64,000 bases of DNA, from positions 96,001 through 160,000 of the forward strand of contig CBDBLV010000004.1 of assembly GCA_965207225.1 (NCBI GenBank), written 5' to 3'. The first letter of the stretch is position 1. Every line of letters begins with the position of its first letter. Both the position numbers and the translations under genes were made by a program. This document shows, one piece after another, positions 8,693 to 18,812 of the stretch. Under the pieces are notes generated by a model. That model searched no databases. It saw only the letters and a program-made list of their open reading frames with translations, and was not told the DNA's origin. The DNA is from Dehalococcoidia bacterium. GTDB taxonomy: Bacteria > Chloroflexota > Dehalococcoidia > Plut-88900.

Positions 8693-9841
8693 CTAGGCTG
8701 CTACGGTGGCTTTTGCCAGCTTTTGGACGATTAGCCTTTTGAGGTCGGGGAGGCCGGTGGAGCGGAGGGCGGAGATGGCGACCATGTCCTCGGGCATGTC
8801 GAGCCAGTCGGGACCCGGGGTACCGTTGGTGGGGCCGTGGCCGTTGGATGGGAGGAGATCCATTTTGTTAAGGACTACGATGGAGGGTTTCTTTGATAGT
8901 CCAAGCTCGTCTAGGATACGGTGGACTTCTTCGACGTGCTCGGGGGCGTTGGGGTGAACGACGTCTACAACATGGAGGAGGAGATCGGCGTCGGTTAGCT
9001 CTTCCAGGGTGGCCCGGAAGGCGGCGACGAGGATTGCGGGGAGTTTCTGGATGAAGCCCACGGTATCGGTGAGGAGGACGGGGCCTATGGGGTCGATGTG
9101 CCAACGTCGGGTGACGGGGTCCAGGGTGGCGAAGAGCTTGTCTGCAGCGAGGACTCCGGCGCCGGTCAGGGTGTTAAGGAGTGTGCTCTTGCCGGAGTTG
9201 GTATAGCCGACGAGGGCCACGACGGGCAGGCCGCGCCTGCGCCGGTCCTCCCGGTAGAGGTTGCGGTGGGTCCTGACGTCCTCGATTTCCTGCTTCAGTC
9301 GATGGATCTTTGCGCGGACGAGGCGGCGGTCGGTCTCGAGCTGGGACTCACCCGGGCCCCGGGTGCCGATGCCACCGCCGAGCCTCTCCAGGTGTTTCCA
9401 CTGACCTGCGAGCCTCGGGAGGAGGTATTCGTGCTGGGCAAGTTCAACCTGAAGCCGGCCTTCCCGGGTCCGGGCGCGGTCGGCGAAGACATCGAGGATG
9501 AGGGCGGTGCGGTCGATTACCTTAACTTTGAGCTTGTCTTCGAGGGCGCGCTGCTGGGAGGGTGAAAGCTCGTCATCGACGATGACGGTGCGGTAGTGAA
9601 GTTCACCCTTGAGGGCCTTGACCTCTTCGATCTTGCCCTTGCCGAGGTAGGTCTGAACGGGCCGGGGGAGCTGTTGGGAAACGATTCCCACCACCTCTGC
9701 GCCGGCGCTTTTGGAGAGTTGGGCAAGTTCGTCAAGGGAGTCCTGGAGGCGCCACAAGCTGTCGGCGCCCTTGACGGCTGATCCGATGAGGAGGGCTTTC
9801 TCGGGGGTGGGGTGGGTGGATATGGATATGGTGCGGCCTAT
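8693..9841 (-). CDS. hflX: GTPase HflX
   Basis: GIGTRGPGESQLETDRR, GYTNSGKST, LFATLD, DTVGFI and NKMD. The N-terminal EKALLIG lies upstream of the first canonical start, so the probable start is ATA at 9841. Confidence 0.95.
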   Translation of the reverse strand: MGRTISISTHPTPEKALLIGSAVKGADSLWRLQDSLDELAQLSKSAGAEVVGIVSQQLPRPVQTYLGKGKIEEVKALKGELHYRTVIVDDELSPSQQRALEDKLKVKVIDRTALILDVFADRARTREGRLQVELAQHEYLLPRLAGQWKHLERLGGGIGTRGPGESQLETDRRLVRAKIHRLKQEIEDVRTHRNLYREDRRRRGLPVVALVGYTNSGKSTLLNTLTGAGVLAADKLFATLDPVTRRWHIDPIGPVLLTDTVGFIQKLPAILVAAFRATLEELTDADLLLHVVDVVHPNAPEHVEEVHRILDELGLSKKPSIVVLNKMDLLPSNGHGPTNGTPGPDWLDMPEDMVAISALRSTGLPDLKRLIVQKLAKATVAA

Positions 9842-10134
9842 GGGTGCCTCCCCTGCATTGAGGTAAGGGACTCACGGGAACCGGAAAGAACCAGCTTTTT
9901 TTCTAGTCGGTCGAGTTGGCGCATGTGGCGAGCAAACATACGCTGGTGGATTCTGTGTTCCTTGAATACCATCTGATCATGGGCCCGGGCCATGTCAAGC
10001 TCTTCCTGGGAGATAAATACACCCATGCAGGTGCGGGCCCACTGCTCATGCCTGGTTTCGACTTCTTCTATTAGACGCCGCAGTGCCTTCTTGCGGGCCT
10101 GTACGTATCCATATGTGCCTTGAGGAGTCATCAT
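9838..10134 (-). CDS. Hypothetical protein (98 aa, helical, basic)
   Basis: Fills the dapL-hflX gap. Its stop overlaps the proposed hflX start. No recognised motif. Confidence 0.55.
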   Translation of the reverse strand: MMTPQGTYGYVQARKKALRRLIEEVETRHEQWARTCMGVFISQEELDMARAHDQMVFKEHRIHQRMFARHMRQLDRLEKKLVLSGSRESLTSMQGRHP

Positions 10135-10201
10135 CTATAGTTCAGTGAACTAACTGCCACAGGGTTTTCCCGCGGGCAAGTAGGTTCGTGAGACCCTGAG
10201 A

Positions 10202-11362
10202 TCAAGAGGCGAGGGACTCAATGCGGGCGAGGGCTTCGTCTATGCGGTCGTCGGGGAGGGAGAAGGAGAGGCGGATGTAGCCCTCGCCCTGCTGCCCGTA
10301 GCCCGAGCCGGGGGTGACGACGACGGCAACTTCGTCGATGAGTTTGGAGCAGTACTCGGCGGAGGTGTAGCCCTCGGGGACCCGGGCCCAGATGTAGAAG
10401 CTGGCCTGGGGGACCTGGACCCGGAGGCCGAGCTTGGCAAGACCGGCGACGAGCTTGTCGCGGCGGCGCTGGTAGATGGCCACGTTCTCCTCGACGCAGT
10501 CCTGGGGGCCTTCAAGGGCCTCGAGGGCCATGTACTGGATGGCCTGGGGCAGGCCGGAGTCCATGTTGGATTTGACGGTGTTAAGGGCGTTGATCAGCTC
10601 GGCGTTGCCGACGGCCATAGCGACTCGCCAGCCGGTCATGTTGTAGGTCTTGGAGAAGGAGTGGAACTCAATTCCCACGTCCTTGGCGCCAGGAGCTTCC
10701 AAGAAGCTGTGGGGCCGGTAGCCTTCGAAGCCGATCTCGCTGTAAGGGGCATCGTTGCAGACCGCAATGTCGTGCTTCTTGGCGAAGTCGACGACCTGGG
10801 AGTAGAAGTCAACGCCGGCCACTGCGCCGGTAGGGTTGTTGGGGTAGTTAATCCAGAGCACCCTGGCCCGGTCCATAATGTGGGAGGGGATGTCTTCCAG
10901 GTCGGGGAGGTAGCCGTTCTCCTCCATGAGAGGCACGGGATAGCTCTCTCCGCCTGCAAAGAGGGTGCCCATGGAGTAGACGGGGTATGCGGGGTCGGGG
11001 ACGAGGGCGATATCGCCGGGGTCGATGAGGCAGAAGGCGACGTGGGCGATACCCTCCTTGGACCCAATTAGCGAGATAACTTCGGAGTTGGGGTCGAGAT
11101 CGACGTCGAACCTGGACTTGTACCAGTCGGCGACGCCCTTGCGGAATTCGGGGAGGCCGTCGGACTCGGGATAGCGGTGGTTGGCCGGGACCTGGCTTTC
11201 CTTGTGCAGGCGTTCAAGCAGGTGGGGCGGGGTGGGGAGGTCGGGGTCACCGATGGCGAAGCTTATGACATCGTGGCCTTCAGCCTTTTTCTGGGCGATC
11301 TTCTGGTTTATGGCGACGAAGAGGTAGGGGGGTATGGCGTCGAGGCGCTTGGCGATTCTCAA
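10202..11362 (-). CDS. dapL: LL-diaminopimelate aminotransferase
   Basis: IPPYLF, IGDPD, IGSKEG, NYPNNPTG and EFHSFSKTYNMTGWR. Adjacent to dapF. Confidence 0.9.
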   Translation of the reverse strand: MRIAKRLDAIPPYLFVAINQKIAQKKAEGHDVISFAIGDPDLPTPPHLLERLHKESQVPANHRYPESDGLPEFRKGVADWYKSRFDVDLDPNSEVISLIGSKEGIAHVAFCLIDPGDIALVPDPAYPVYSMGTLFAGGESYPVPLMEENGYLPDLEDIPSHIMDRARVLWINYPNNPTGAVAGVDFYSQVVDFAKKHDIAVCNDAPYSEIGFEGYRPHSFLEAPGAKDVGIEFHSFSKTYNMTGWRVAMAVGNAELINALNTVKSNMDSGLPQAIQYMALEALEGPQDCVEENVAIYQRRRDKLVAGLAKLGLRVQVPQASFYIWARVPEGYTSAEYCSKLIDEVAVVVTPGSGYGQQGEGYIRLSFSLPDDRIDEALARIESLAS

Positions 11363-11379
11363 TCCTGTCTCCTTTGGAA

Positions 11380-12240
11380 TCAGTTGTAGTTGGGCTCTTC
11401 CCAGACGCCGGTGAAGACGTATTCGGCGGGGCCGGAAAGATAAACGTTGCCCTCTCCTTCCCAGTCGATGACGAGAGTGCCGCCGGGAAGCGTGACGTTG
11501 GTACGGTTATCGGCGGGGCCGTGGAGCCGAGAGGCGACGCCGATGGCACATGCGCCGGTGCCGCAGGCAAGGGTCTCGCCGACACCGCGCTCCCAGACCC
11601 GGGCCTTTACCTGGCCCTTTTCGATTATGTTAACTATTTCGAAATTGACCCGGGCGGGGAAGAAGGGGTGGTGTTCCATTCGAGGCCCGACATCGTGGAG
11701 GGGAAACTCATCGACGGGGGTGTCGGTGAAGTGGACGGCGTGGGGGTTGCCCATAGAAACGCAAGTGACGGACACGGTGCGGTCTCCCAGTTCGACAGGG
11801 TAGTCCTTGACGATATCCGGGCCCTCATCAAGGGCGACCGGGACATCGGAGGGCCGGAGGCGGGCGGGGCCCATGGAGGCACGGACTGAGGAGACACTGC
11901 CGTTATTTCGGAACAGCTCTATCTCGCCCACTGCACCCAAGGTCTGGACTACGAGCCGATCCTGAGGGGCTGAAACCACGCCTTGCTCGACTACGTACTT
12001 GGAGAACATACGGATACCGTTTCCGCAGGCCTCGGCCTCCGAGCCGTCAGGGTTGTAGATTTGCATACGGCAATCGGCGACATCCGAGTCACGGATGAGG
12101 AGGATGCCGTCGCCGCCGACGCCGAAGTGCCGGTCGCAGATATCAACGGCCAGTCGGGACCAGTCCTTTTCGACTTCTCGGGCGTCGATGAGGATGTAGT
12201 CGTTGCCGATGCCGTGCATCTTAGTAAAGTTTATGGTCAT
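11380..12240 (-). CDS. dapF: Diaminopimelate epimerase
   Basis: FTKMHGIGNDY, EACGNG, SMGNPH and ERGVGETLACGTG. Confidence 0.97.
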   Translation of the reverse strand: MTINFTKMHGIGNDYILIDAREVEKDWSRLAVDICDRHFGVGGDGILLIRDSDVADCRMQIYNPDGSEAEACGNGIRMFSKYVVEQGVVSAPQDRLVVQTLGAVGEIELFRNNGSVSSVRASMGPARLRPSDVPVALDEGPDIVKDYPVELGDRTVSVTCVSMGNPHAVHFTDTPVDEFPLHDVGPRMEHHPFFPARVNFEIVNIIEKGQVKARVWERGVGETLACGTGACAIGVASRLHGPADNRTNVTLPGGTLVIDWEGEGNVYLSGPAEYVFTGVWEEPNYN

Positions 12241-12243
12241 GGC

Positions 12244-13170
12244 TTACTCTTGTGTCTCCGATACAAACCCGGTCACCAGTTTGGTTACCTGATCGACGTA
12301 GTTTTCGCTTATATCATACCAGTTGATCCTGTGATCACCGGCCTTGAACCAGGCGGCTTGATGGCGGATAAGGCGATGGGTCTCGGTCTTTGTTTTCTCG
12401 GTTGCCTCTTCGAGGGTTGATTCGCCGCTCAGGTACGAACCAAGCTGTTTATAACCCACTCCCGACATTGAAGGCAAGTCGAGGCTGTAACCGCGCATGA
12501 GCAGGTCGCTGACCTCGTCCACGAAGCCTGCTTCGATCATGGCGTCGACACGGGCATCGGAGCGTCGGTGGAGGAGGTCCCGGGGGGCGGTGAGGCCGAT
12601 TATGAGAGTGGGATAGTCGAGGCCTTTCTTACTCACCTGTTTGGAGAAGGGGATGCCGGAGATTTCGAAGACTTCCAGGGCTCGGATGACGCGGCGGACG
12701 TTGCGGGCATCTATGGTAGCTGCGGCGTCGGGATCCACGGCGTTGAGCCGGTCGTGGAGAGCCCGGTTTCCGAGTGTCGCGGCTTCATTTTCGAGGCGGG
12801 CGCGGAGGTTGGGGTTGGGGGGGACGTGGGGGATGGACATGCCTTCTAGGAGGCCCCAGACGTAGAGGCCGCTGCCGCCAACGAGAACGGGAAGCTTGTT
12901 CCGGGACTGGATGTCTTCAACGACGGCGTGGGCGCTTTCCAGGTAGAGGGCGAGGTTGAACTGCTCGTCGGGGTCTATGAGGTTGTAGAGGTGGTGGGGG
13001 ACTCGGGCGAGGTCCTCGGGAGGGGGCTTGGCGGTGCCGATGTCCATGTGGCGGTAGACCTGCCGGCTATCGGCGTTGATTATTTCGCCGGGGAGGGTCT
13101 CGGCGAGGTGCAGCGCCAGGGCGCTCTTGCCCGTGGCGGTGGGCCCGACTATGGCGACAAGACCGGGCAA
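12244..13170 (-). CDS. miaA: tRNA dimethylallyltransferase
   Basis: GPTATGKS, DSRQVYRHMDIGTAKP and VGGSGLY. Confidence 0.97.
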   Translation of the reverse strand: MPGLVAIVGPTATGKSALALHLAETLPGEIINADSRQVYRHMDIGTAKPPPEDLARVPHHLYNLIDPDEQFNLALYLESAHAVVEDIQSRNKLPVLVGGSGLYVWGLLEGMSIPHVPPNPNLRARLENEAATLGNRALHDRLNAVDPDAAATIDARNVRRVIRALEVFEISGIPFSKQVSKKGLDYPTLIIGLTAPRDLLHRRSDARVDAMIEAGFVDEVSDLLMRGYSLDLPSMSGVGYKQLGSYLSGESTLEEATEKTKTETHRLIRHQAAWFKAGDHRINWYDISENYVDQVTKLVTGFVSETQE

Positions 13171-13172
13171 GG

Positions 13173-13937
13173 TCAGCCTGGGCGGGAGGTGGCGGTGACT
13201 ATGCCGGTGAAGTCATCGGGGTCGAGGCTAGCACCGCCGACAAGAGCGCCGTCAATCCCGGGAGAGGAGATGAAGTCGGCGATGTTGGAGGACTTGACGC
13301 TGCCGCCGTAGAGAATTCGGGCGCTCTGGGCGGCCGTCTTGCCAAGTTTCTCGGAGATTGTGCGGCGGATTAAGGATATGGCTTGCTCAGCGTCGGATGC
13401 GGACGCGGCTTTTCCGGTCCCGATGGCCCAGATAGGCTCGTAGGCAACGACAAAGTTGGCGTCCGCCGACACTTCGTGCAAGCCCCTCGTGACCTGCCGG
13501 GTGAGTACATCATCGGTAGTGCCCGATTCGCGTTGGTCAAGGCTTTCCCCGACGCACATGATTGGAGTCAGGCCGTGGGCCAGTGCAGCGTGGACTTTGC
13601 GGTTGACGAAGGCGTCGTCCTCTCCAAAGAGGGTGCGGCGCTCTGAGTGGCCAATGATGACGTAGTGACAGAGGCCTGAGAGCATGGTAGGGGAGATTTC
13701 GCCGGTGAAAGCGCCCCTGGGGTCGGGGTGGAGGTTCTGGGCCCCTAGCTTGAGGGTTGTGCCCTTGATGGCTTCACCTACGGTTGTGAGGGAGATGTAG
13801 GGAGGACAAAGGAGGGTTTCAACGTCAGAAATGCCGTTGAGGTTGGATGCCAGGGCCTCGGCGAGGGTGCGGGCTTCCTGGACAGTGGTGTTCATTTTCC
13901 AGTTGCCGGCGATCAGGGGGAGTCGGGTGGGGGGCAT
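13173..13937 (-). CDS. tpiA: Triosephosphate isomerase
   Basis: AGNWKMN, GHSERR, AYEPIWAIGTG and LVGGASL. Confidence 0.98.
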   Translation of the reverse strand: MPPTRLPLIAGNWKMNTTVQEARTLAEALASNLNGISDVETLLCPPYISLTTVGEAIKGTTLKLGAQNLHPDPRGAFTGEISPTMLSGLCHYVIIGHSERRTLFGEDDAFVNRKVHAALAHGLTPIMCVGESLDQRESGTTDDVLTRQVTRGLHEVSADANFVVAYEPIWAIGTGKAASASDAEQAISLIRRTISEKLGKTAAQSARILYGGSVKSSNIADFISSPGIDGALVGGASLDPDDFTGIVTATSRPG

Positions 13938-13957
13938 CGAGCTACTATCTCCGTGGG

Positions 13958-15178
13958 CTATGCACCGAATTTGATTAGCTTGCCGGCGTGGGCGAGGGCC
14001 AGGGGCATGACGTCGGTGGCGGGGAATTCACCGAGGACACCTTGGGCGCAGGCCCATTCGGTGAACTCGGTGACGGGGTCGGGTCGGGACCAGGGGGCCC
14101 ACATCATGAAGGGGACCGGGTGCCAGCTGTGGTTGGCCCAGGTGGCGGGCGTGGAGTGGTCACCGGCGACTAAAAAGACGTCGGGGTGGAGGTCGATGAT
14201 CTTCTTTAGCGGGACGTCAACCTCTTCCAGCGCTCTTACCTTGGCGTCAAAGTTGCCGTCTTCGCCTGCGGTGTCGGCGCCCTTGTAGTGGATGAAGAAG
14301 AAATCGTGGTTGTTGTAGTTGGCGATCATTGCGTCGACTACGTCGGCGAATCCGGGGCCCTTGGCCATGACCTTCATGCCAACGAGTCGTGCAAGGCCCC
14401 GGTACATGGGGTATGTGGCGATGCCGAGGGGGTTGAGCTTGTAGACCTCTGACATGGAGGGCATATCCGGGAGCTTGGAAAAACCGCGGAGGGTCACCAT
14501 GTTTGCGGGGCTTTCGGCGTCCTTGAGGACCTCTTTGATCTTGTCGACGGCGGCGTTGACGATGTCTGCGGTGGGTTGGGCGTCGGGGTGGGTGGGGCGG
14601 ACGGGAGGAGGAACAACGCCGTTGACCTGATCGTCGGTATCTGCGAGGTGTTCGCTGAGGCCTGGGCCCCGGAAGACGATTACGAAGCGGTGGGACTCGA
14701 CAGGGTGGACCTCAACCTTTGCACCTTCGACCTCAATGTTGTCCAGGAGACGGCATAGCTCCCGGGACTCGCTGGAGGCCAGGCGGCCGGCGCGGCGGTC
14801 AGTGATCACGCCGTCCTCGTCGACGGTGCAGAAGTTGCCACGTGCGGCAAGGTCGTCGGGGATGAGTTCCACTCCGATGCCGGCAGCCTCAAGGACACCG
14901 CGCTTTATGAGGTTGGTGACGGGGTCGTAGCCGAAGAGGGAGAGATGGCCGGGGCCGCTGCCAGGAATGATGCCCCGGGCCACGGGGATTGTGAGGCCGC
15001 ACATTGCTTGAGAGGCAATGTAGTCCAAATTGGGGGTGTTGGCAGTCTCCAGCTCGGCCTTGCCCGTATCGGGGTGGGGGAGTCCGCCGAGGCCGTCAAT
15101 GACGAGAAAGACGATCTTTGAGTCGGTGACACGGGAGACCTGGGAGATTAGCTGCTGGCTTCCGTTGAAGTTAACCAT
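13958..15178 (-). CDS. apgM: 2,3-bisphosphoglycerate-independent phosphoglycerate mutase (ApgM type)
   Basis: DGLGG, TPNLD, PGSGPGHLSLFGYDP, DRRAGR and GDHSTP. Confidence 0.93.
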   Translation of the reverse strand: MVNFNGSQQLISQVSRVTDSKIVFLVIDGLGGLPHPDTGKAELETANTPNLDYIASQAMCGLTIPVARGIIPGSGPGHLSLFGYDPVTNLIKRGVLEAAGIGVELIPDDLAARGNFCTVDEDGVITDRRAGRLASSESRELCRLLDNIEVEGAKVEVHPVESHRFVIVFRGPGLSEHLADTDDQVNGVVPPPVRPTHPDAQPTADIVNAAVDKIKEVLKDAESPANMVTLRGFSKLPDMPSMSEVYKLNPLGIATYPMYRGLARLVGMKVMAKGPGFADVVDAMIANYNNHDFFFIHYKGADTAGEDGNFDAKVRALEEVDVPLKKIIDLHPDVFLVAGDHSTPATWANHSWHPVPFMMWAPWSRPDPVTEFTEWACAQGVLGEFPATDVMPLALAHAGKLIKFGA

Positions 15179-15181
15179 TAA

Positions 15182-16369
15182 TCAGGCGTCCATAAGTGCG
15201 GCAACACCGGGGAGGATGCTGCCGCCGAGGAATTCGAGGGATGCACCGCCGCCCGTGGAGACGTGATCCATCTTGTCGGCGAGTCCGAAGGCGGCTACGG
15301 CGTCGGCGGTGGAGCCGCCGCCCACCACTGTCGTGGCGTCGGAATCTGCGAGGGCCTGCGCCATCTGTCGGGTGCCGTAGGAGAAGGCGGGGAATTCGTA
15401 GACGCCCATAGGCCCATTCCAGAAGACGGTCTTCGCACGCATTATGTAATCTTTGAAGAGGGTAACGGTTTCGGGGCCGATGTCCAGGATGAGGGAGTCG
15501 GGGGGCACCTGGGTTGCGAGAACGGTCTCGGGCGCAGCGTTGGCGTCGAACTCCCTGGCAACCACAACATCGCGGGGAAGGGCCACGGTCACGCTTCCCT
15601 GTTCACCCTGGGCCATGATGCCGGAAACGAATTCCAAGGAATCCTCTTCGAAAATCGAGCGGCCGATCTCGAGTCCCATGGCCTTGAAGAAGGTGGCGCA
15701 CATTCCGCCGCCAACCAGAAGAACGTCCAGCTTTTTCATGAGCCTCCGGGCGACGGCGATCTTGTCGCTGATCTTAGCGCCGCCGAAGAGGACGGTGAGG
15801 GGTCGGGCGGGGTTTTCGGAGGCCAAGCCGAGGTATTTCAGCTCCTTGTCCAGGAGCAACCCTGCAACCGAGGGGAGGTGGTGGGCGACGCCCTCCGTGG
15901 AGGCGTGGGCGCGGTGGGCCGCTCCGAAAGCGTCGTTTACAAAGAGATCCGCCAGACCCGCTAAAGAAGCGGCGAAGCCAGGGTCATTGGATTCTTCGCG
16001 GGAGTCGAAGCGGAGGTTTTCGAGGAAGAGGATGTCGCCGGGAGAAAGAGATGTGGCTTGCGACATTACGCCGTTGCCCACAATGCCGTCAGCGAGGGGC
16101 ACGGGCAAGTCGATGAGTTCGGAGAGGCGTCGGGCGACGGGGGCGAGGCGCAATGATTCGTCGATCTTACCCTTGGGTCGACCCATGTGGGAGCAGAGGA
16201 CAAGGCTCGCGCCGCGGTCGAGGAGGAGTCGGAGGGTGGGGATGGATGCGCGGATGCGGCTGTCGTCGAGGATGGCGCCGGTGTCGGGGTCGAGGGGGAC
16301 GTTGAAGTCGACGCGGACGAGGACCCGCTTGCCGGATACGTCTATGTCGTTAACCGTTTTCTTGGGCAT
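15182..16369 (-). CDS. pgk: Phosphoglycerate kinase
   Basis: RVDFNVP, LENLRF, NDAFGAAHRAHAS, WNGPMG and STGGGASLE. Confidence 0.98.
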   Translation of the reverse strand: MPKKTVNDIDVSGKRVLVRVDFNVPLDPDTGAILDDSRIRASIPTLRLLLDRGASLVLCSHMGRPKGKIDESLRLAPVARRLSELIDLPVPLADGIVGNGVMSQATSLSPGDILFLENLRFDSREESNDPGFAASLAGLADLFVNDAFGAAHRAHASTEGVAHHLPSVAGLLLDKELKYLGLASENPARPLTVLFGGAKISDKIAVARRLMKKLDVLLVGGGMCATFFKAMGLEIGRSIFEEDSLEFVSGIMAQGEQGSVTVALPRDVVVAREFDANAAPETVLATQVPPDSLILDIGPETVTLFKDYIMRAKTVFWNGPMGVYEFPAFSYGTRQMAQALADSDATTVVGGGSTADAVAAFGLADKMDHVSTGGGASLEFLGGSILPGVAALMDA

Positions 16370-16379
16370 AGTTGGAAGG

Positions 16380-17003
16380 TTAGGGGGCTACGGTAAGGCC
16401 GCATACTTCTTCGATGGCCTCGCGGGAGATTGCTCCCTGGCGCAGAATGGCGGGGGAGTCGCCAGAGACGTCGACGATGGTGGAGGGAAGGGCACCGGGG
16501 CACGGGCCCCGGTCGATAATCAGGTCAACTTTGCCGTCAAGTTGTTCGGCGACATCCTGGGCGGTGATGGGGTTGGGGCCTCCACCAAGGTTCGCACTGG
16601 TGCCGGTTATGGGGGCGCCGAGTCGAGCGCATAGTTCTCGGGGTACTGGATGATCGGGGACGCGGACGGCGACTGTCGTGCCCCAACTGTTGGCGAGGCT
16701 TGGGATGTCGAGGCGACAGCGGACTACGAGGGTGAGGGCGCCGGGCCAGAAGGCGGACGCCAAGGCTTGAGCAAGACCTCCTGTTTGGTCGGAGACGAGG
16801 GACAAGTCGTCGGGGGAGGAGAGGAGGAGGGGGACGGGCTTGGAGTCAGGCCTGCCCTTGGCTTGGTAGAGGCGTCGGACGGCGGAATCGATGAAAGGGT
16901 GGGCGCCGAGGCCGTAGAGGGTGTCGGTGGGGAAGGCGACGAGGCCGCCGCCCTGAAGAATGGTAATTGCCTGTTCGATGTCCGGTGCGCCGGAGGTTGA
17001 CAT
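16380..17003 (-). CDS. tsaC: L-threonylcarbamoyladenylate synthase (YrdC/Sua5)
   Basis: FPTDTLYGLG, KGRP, WPGALT, TSAN, STIVD and LRQGAI. Confidence 0.95.
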   Translation of the reverse strand: MSTSGAPDIEQAITILQGGGLVAFPTDTLYGLGAHPFIDSAVRRLYQAKGRPDSKPVPLLLSSPDDLSLVSDQTGGLAQALASAFWPGALTLVVRCRLDIPSLANSWGTTVAVRVPDHPVPRELCARLGAPITGTSANLGGGPNPITAQDVAEQLDGKVDLIIDRGPCPGALPSTIVDVSGDSPAILRQGAISREAIEEVCGLTVAP

Positions 17004-17042
17004 TGAGCAGCTGCGTGGACGTGTTTTTGAGGCGAATTTGCC

Positions 17043-17071
17043 TTGACTGAGTATAGCACGGGTGCTAATCT
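17043..17071. promoter_or_regulatory. Back-to-back divergent sigma70-type promoters (guaA and tsaC)
   Basis: Plus strand: TTGACT-17 bp-TAATCT with an extended TG. Minus strand: TG-C-TATACT at 17058-17050. Confidence 0.55.
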
Positions 17072-17096
17072 GAGACAGAGATCACCAGGAGGTTCC

Positions 17097-18779
17097 TTGG
17101 CGGACAAGGGAGCCACAAATGCAAGCCGCAGAGTAGCGGTTTCCGATGATCTAGAAGTCTCCACCTACCTAGAAATAGCGGGCCGTAAGGTAGGGCAATC
17201 GGAGACCCCCCACACCGGCGCGGCGCCTGAGCACGCCTCCCAGCCAGAGACGGTTGTCGTCCTGGATTTCGGGTCGCAGTACAGCATGTTGATAGCGCGA
17301 CGGGTGCGGGAGTGCAACGTCTACTGCGAAATCCTGCCTTTCGACGCGCCGCCCGAGCAGGTAGCCAGGCTCAAACCCAAGGGGTTCATCCTTTCGGGGG
17401 GTCCGGCGAGCGTGTACGAAGCCGATGCTCCGATGGCGCCAGCGTACATCTACGAAAGCAAGGCGCCAGTGCTGGGCATCTGCTACGGGATGCAGGCGCT
17501 GACTCACCAGCTGGGGGGCCGGGTGTCGTCGGGGCTGAAGAGGGAGTACGGGCACGCCGTGCTGAGGCAGAACGTGGCCGACCACCCGATATTTAAGGGT
17601 TTGCCGCTGGAGATGCCGGTGTGGATGAGTCACGGGGACGAGATCTCGGAGCCTCCGCCGGGGTTTTCGAGCCTGGCATATACGGACAATGCACCGGTGG
17701 CGGTGCTGGGAAACGACCAGGGAATAATCGGGCTCCAGTTCCACCCGGAGGTGTCCCACACGCCCAACGGTACGGACATCCTGAAGAACTTCCTGTACGA
17801 AGTGTGCGGGTGCAAGGGGACGTGGACCCCGGCGAGCTTCATTGTAGAGGCGACGGACAGGATCCGGGAACAGGTCAGGGGAGGGAAGGTGATCTGTGCG
17901 CTGTCCGGGGGTGTGGACTCGGCGGTGACGGCGGCGCTGGTGCACAGGGCTATCGGGGACCAGCTGACATGTATTTTCGTAGACAACGGACTATTGCGGC
18001 GGGAGGAAGCGGAGAGGATAAAGACAGTATTTGAGCGACACTTGAACCTGAACCTCATGTATGTGGATGCCGAGGACCAGTTTCTAGAAAAGCTGGAAGG
18101 GGTGACGGACCCTGAGAAGAAAAGACACATCATCGGGGAGGAGTTCATCAAGGTATTCGAGGATATGGCCGGGGAACTGGGAGAGGTGGACTACCTAGCG
18201 CAGGGGACTCTGTACCCGGACGTAATCGAGAGCCTGCCGCCGAAGGACGCTCCGTCAGTGACTATCAAGACGCATCACAACGTCGGGGGGCTGCCGGAGG
18301 TGATGAAGCTGTCGCTGGTGGAGCCGCTGAGGCAGCTGTTCAAGGACGAGGTGAGGGAGGTGGGTGACGAGCTTGGTATGCCAGAGGAGATGGTGTACCG
18401 GCAGCCGTTCCCGGGCCCCGGGCTGGCCATCCGCATCATCGGGGAGGTGACTAGAGAGAGGCTGGAGATGCTGCGGAGCGCCGACTGGATTGTGATGGAC
18501 GAGATAAAGGCCAGCGGTCTGTACAGGAAGCTGTGGCAAAGCTTTGCGGTACTGACGCCACTGCAGACGGTGGGTGTGATGGGAGATTTTCGCACCTACG
18601 GGAACATGGTCGCGATCCGGGCCGTGACCAGCGAGGATGCTATGACCGCAGACTGGGCCCGTCTCCCCTACGACGTGCTGGCCCAGATTTCAAATCGCAT
18701 CGTGAACGAGGTCCCGGGCGTTAACCGGGTGGTGTACGACATTTCCAGCAAGCCGCCTTCGACCATTGAGTGGGAGTAG
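17097..18779 (+). CDS. guaA: GMP synthase (glutamine-hydrolyzing)
   Basis: [34 protein letters not shown] and [12 protein letters not shown] start after AGGAGG. Confidence 0.98.
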   Translation: MADKGATNASRRVAVSDDLEVSTYLEIAGRKVGQSETPHTGAAPEHASQPETVVVLDFGSQYSMLIARRVRECNVYCEILPFDAPPEQVARLKPKGFILSGGPASVYEADAPMAPAYIYESKAPVLGICYGMQALTHQLGGRVSSGLKREYGHAVLRQNVADHPIFKGLPLEMPVWMSHGDEISEPPPGFSSLAYTDNAPVAVLGNDQGIIGLQFHPEVSHTPNGTDILKNFLYEVCGCKGTWTPASFIVEATDRIREQVRGGKVICALSGGVDSAVTAALVHRAIGDQLTCIFVDNGLLRREEAERIKTVFERHLNLNLMYVDAEDQFLEKLEGVTDPEKKRHIIGEEFIKVFEDMAGELGEVDYLAQGTLYPDVIESLPPKDAPSVTIKTHHNVGGLPEVMKLSLVEPLRQLFKDEVREVGDELGMPEEMVYRQPFPGPGLAIRIIGEVTRERLEMLRSADWIVMDEIKASGLYRKLWQSFAVLTPLQTVGVMGDFRTYGNMVAIRAVTSEDAMTADWARLPYDVLAQISNRIVNEVPGVNRVVYDISSKPPSTIEWE

Positions 18780-18812
18780 GACGAGGGAGAACTCGACCGG
18801 GGTGAAACACAC

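Noticed and set aside
9838-10134. hfq in the miaA-hflX neighbourhood
   Set aside because: No Sm1/Sm2 motifs, and the sequence looks helical.
15453-16634. Long antisense or alternate-frame ORFs (also 22124-23551, 27866-28924, 41977-42981 and others)
   Set aside because: These are shadow ORFs of well-supported genes in GC-rich DNA, with biased composition and no motifs.
17054-17067. TAGCAC-GG-GTGCTA as a CIRCE element
   Set aside because: The arms are truncated and the spacing does not fit TTAGCACTC-N9-GAGTGCTAA. It is better explained by two back-to-back extended -10 elements, and no chaperone genes are nearby.
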